Part shown: piece by piece, positions 43,875-45,202 of the stretch | How the letters are laid out: every line of letters begins with the position of its first letter | Numbering within the stretch: the stretch's first letter is position 1 | NCBI GenBank assembly: GCA_964497605.1 | Contig: CAZCDQ010000003.1 | Coordinates: forward strand, 1-45,202 | Origin: an uncultured bacterium | GTDB taxonomy: Bacteria; Latescibacterota; Latescibacteria; Latescibacterales; Latescibacteraceae | Direction: 5' to 3' | DNA: 45,202 nt | Notes under the pieces: generated by a model | What the model was told of the DNA's origin: nothing | The model's database searches: none | The model's input: the letters and a program-made list of their open reading frames with translations, nothing else | Translations under genes and position numbers: made by a program

Positions 43875-45089
43875 TCAGATTACCACATCGAACGATTCAG
43901 AATACGCAGAGACAGATTGCACTGTTCTTTCGGCGCTCAACGGTTCAGCGGCATCCTCGGCGGTATTCTGCGATGCGGAATTTAAATGTAACGTATTATT
44001 GAACGGCTTAAATCGCTGTGCCCGTTCCCAGAGGTTAGAACCGTTGTTATGTCCGACATTTACGTCGAACGAATCGACTTTGAGACCGTTCTGGGCAAGG
44101 TTTTCGCGAAGTTCTGATATGCTATGCTGAATAATTTCTTTGATTTCCGCATTATCGACCGTGATCTTTCCTGTCACTTTCGAATTCTCGGTTACAAGCT
44201 CTATCCTGAGCTTGCCGAGTTGCGGCGGATCGAGCTGAATATCCGCCCGCGAAAGATCGTCACGGGTCATGATCCGTGCCTGGCGGACAATGCTTTCAAA
44301 TATTTTTGTTTCGTCAATGGCGCCATCCTCCGGAATGTGTACATGGTTTAACATTTGACCTGACGGCTTTTCCGCCGTATCAGATACCGCTGTTTCCGGG
44401 GCGTTATTCACTGCGAATACGATGCCATCGCCGTTTTTTTCGCCAACGGCGCTTTCAATAACCGTATGGCGCATATCCACAAACATTTCGGGTGACGAAT
44501 CTCCTTTTTGCATGAAATCTCCGCTCTCGCCGAATTCCTTTCGCACATTTGCATCGACTGCATTGGCTGTCAATGGTTCAGCATGGGACGGTTCGGAATC
44601 TACTGATATTTTATTCCCGACGGTGGTATCGGCCGTCTTTTTCACAGCCGCGGCATTTAATGTATTCGGCGCTCCGGCGGCTGCCGTTTCATCTGCCGCC
44701 GTAGAGATTTCAGCTTTATACACGGCAGCGTTCGTTGCAGCCGCGTTTTCCGGGACGACTGTATTTGTTGGGGGCACATGTTTCTGCTCGACAGTATGAT
44801 TGATTCCGTCTAAAGATGTCTGAGTTGTTTTCGGAGGAATCGAATTACGGACAATTTCGGCACTGTGCAAAGAATCCAAACTGGTTTTCGTATCGGCTGC
44901 TTTACCGTTCTGAATAGTTATAACCTTTGCCTGCGGTTTTTCGGCGAAGTTTTTTTCTCCACTTATCTGCTGAGTTGTGCCGGATTGGCCATTCACGATC
45001 CATTGCTCCGAAAGATTCATCTTCGGCACTTTTGTCGCCCCCGATTCTGCAGGTGTCAGCGATGCGGTTTCAGCGGATTCGCTGTTCAT
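43875..45089 (-). CDS. fliK: Flagellar hook-length control protein. The N-terminus may lie beyond the window edge.
   Basis: The C-terminal Flg_hook domain is ADIQLDPPQLGKLRIELVTENSKVTGKITVDNAEIKEIIQHSISELRENLAQNGLKVDSFDVNV. The same frame stays open from 45090 to 45202 with no stop codon. Confidence 0.85.
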   Translation of the reverse strand: MNSESAETASLTPAESGATKVPKMNLSEQWIVNGQSGTTQQISGEKNFAEKPQAKVITIQNGKAADTKTSLDSLHSAEIVRNSIPPKTTQTSLDGINHTVEQKHVPPTNTVVPENAAATNAAVYKAEISTAADETAAAGAPNTLNAAAVKKTADTTVGNKISVDSEPSHAEPLTANAVDANVRKEFGESGDFMQKGDSSPEMFVDMRHTVIESAVGEKNGDGIVFAVNNAPETAVSDTAEKPSGQMLNHVHIPEDGAIDETKIFESIVRQARIMTRDDLSRADIQLDPPQLGKLRIELVTENSKVTGKITVDNAEIKEIIQHSISELRENLAQNGLKVDSFDVNVGHNNGSNLWERAQRFKPFNNTLHLNSASQNTAEDAAEPLSAERTVQSVSAYSESFDVVI

Positions 45090-45202
45090 TTTGACCGTAT
45101 TCCCAGCTCGCTCTCTGTGAATATCCGTCAGGACAGTTTCGGTAGAATTAATTTTAGCACGTGCCGAAATCTCGCGCTGCGAACGGCCAATGAGAACTGA
45201 TG

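Noticed and set aside
1-45202. Search for CRISPR arrays, tRNA or rRNA genes, transposases, integrases, phage genes, toxin-antitoxin pairs and known defence-system hallmarks
   Set aside because: I found no regularly spaced direct repeats, no cloverleaf-like or rRNA-like segments, and no ORF with DDE, tyrosine/serine recombinase, nuclease-helicase or other defence motifs. The only repeats are the short palindromic REP-like elements reported above.

Overview
The window is about 50% GC, uses GGAGG-type ribosome binding sites, and looks like an uncultured diderm bacterium. It has two parts. (1) Positions 1-17.0 kb hold bioY, a Cof-type HAD phosphatase and a uronate/glycan utilisation locus. That locus contains a Tat-signal DUF362 protein, a GH115 alpha-glucuronidase, a lipoprotein that fuses a bicupin to an SMP-30 lactonase, a DapA-family aldolase, an FGGY kinase, a small cupin, two paralogous BASS symporters and a GH88 unsaturated glucuronyl hydrolase. 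A hypothetical protein and ttcA follow. (2) Positions 17.4-45.2 kb are one continuous minus-strand flagellar gene cluster: fliK-flgD-TIGR02530-flgE-flbD-motAB-fliLMNOPQR-flhBAFG-fliA, then an accessory module, then flgFGAHI-flgJ(rod-binding)-flgN-flgKL. I saw no rRNA, tRNA, CRISPR array, transposase, integrase or recognisable defence gene. Most of the window is ordinary and well-known biology. The observations most worth a second look are these. A terminator-bounded three-gene module sits between the fliA unit and flgF and encodes a second FliK-like protein, a free FlhB C-terminal-like domain and a histidine-kinase DHp-only protein. A perfect sigma-54 promoter sits directly downstream of that module, in front of flgF. 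The canonical FlhB carries NPTE instead of NPTH at the autocleavage site. An acidic His-rich ORF is co-transcribed with fliA, and no FlgM is present in the window. A long AT-rich structured leader precedes the second BASS transporter. The uronate locus lacks canonical KdgK/Eda genes. REP/BIME-like palindromic mosaic repeats occur in three intergenic regions. All functional interpretations are inference from motifs read by eye. No database search was run.
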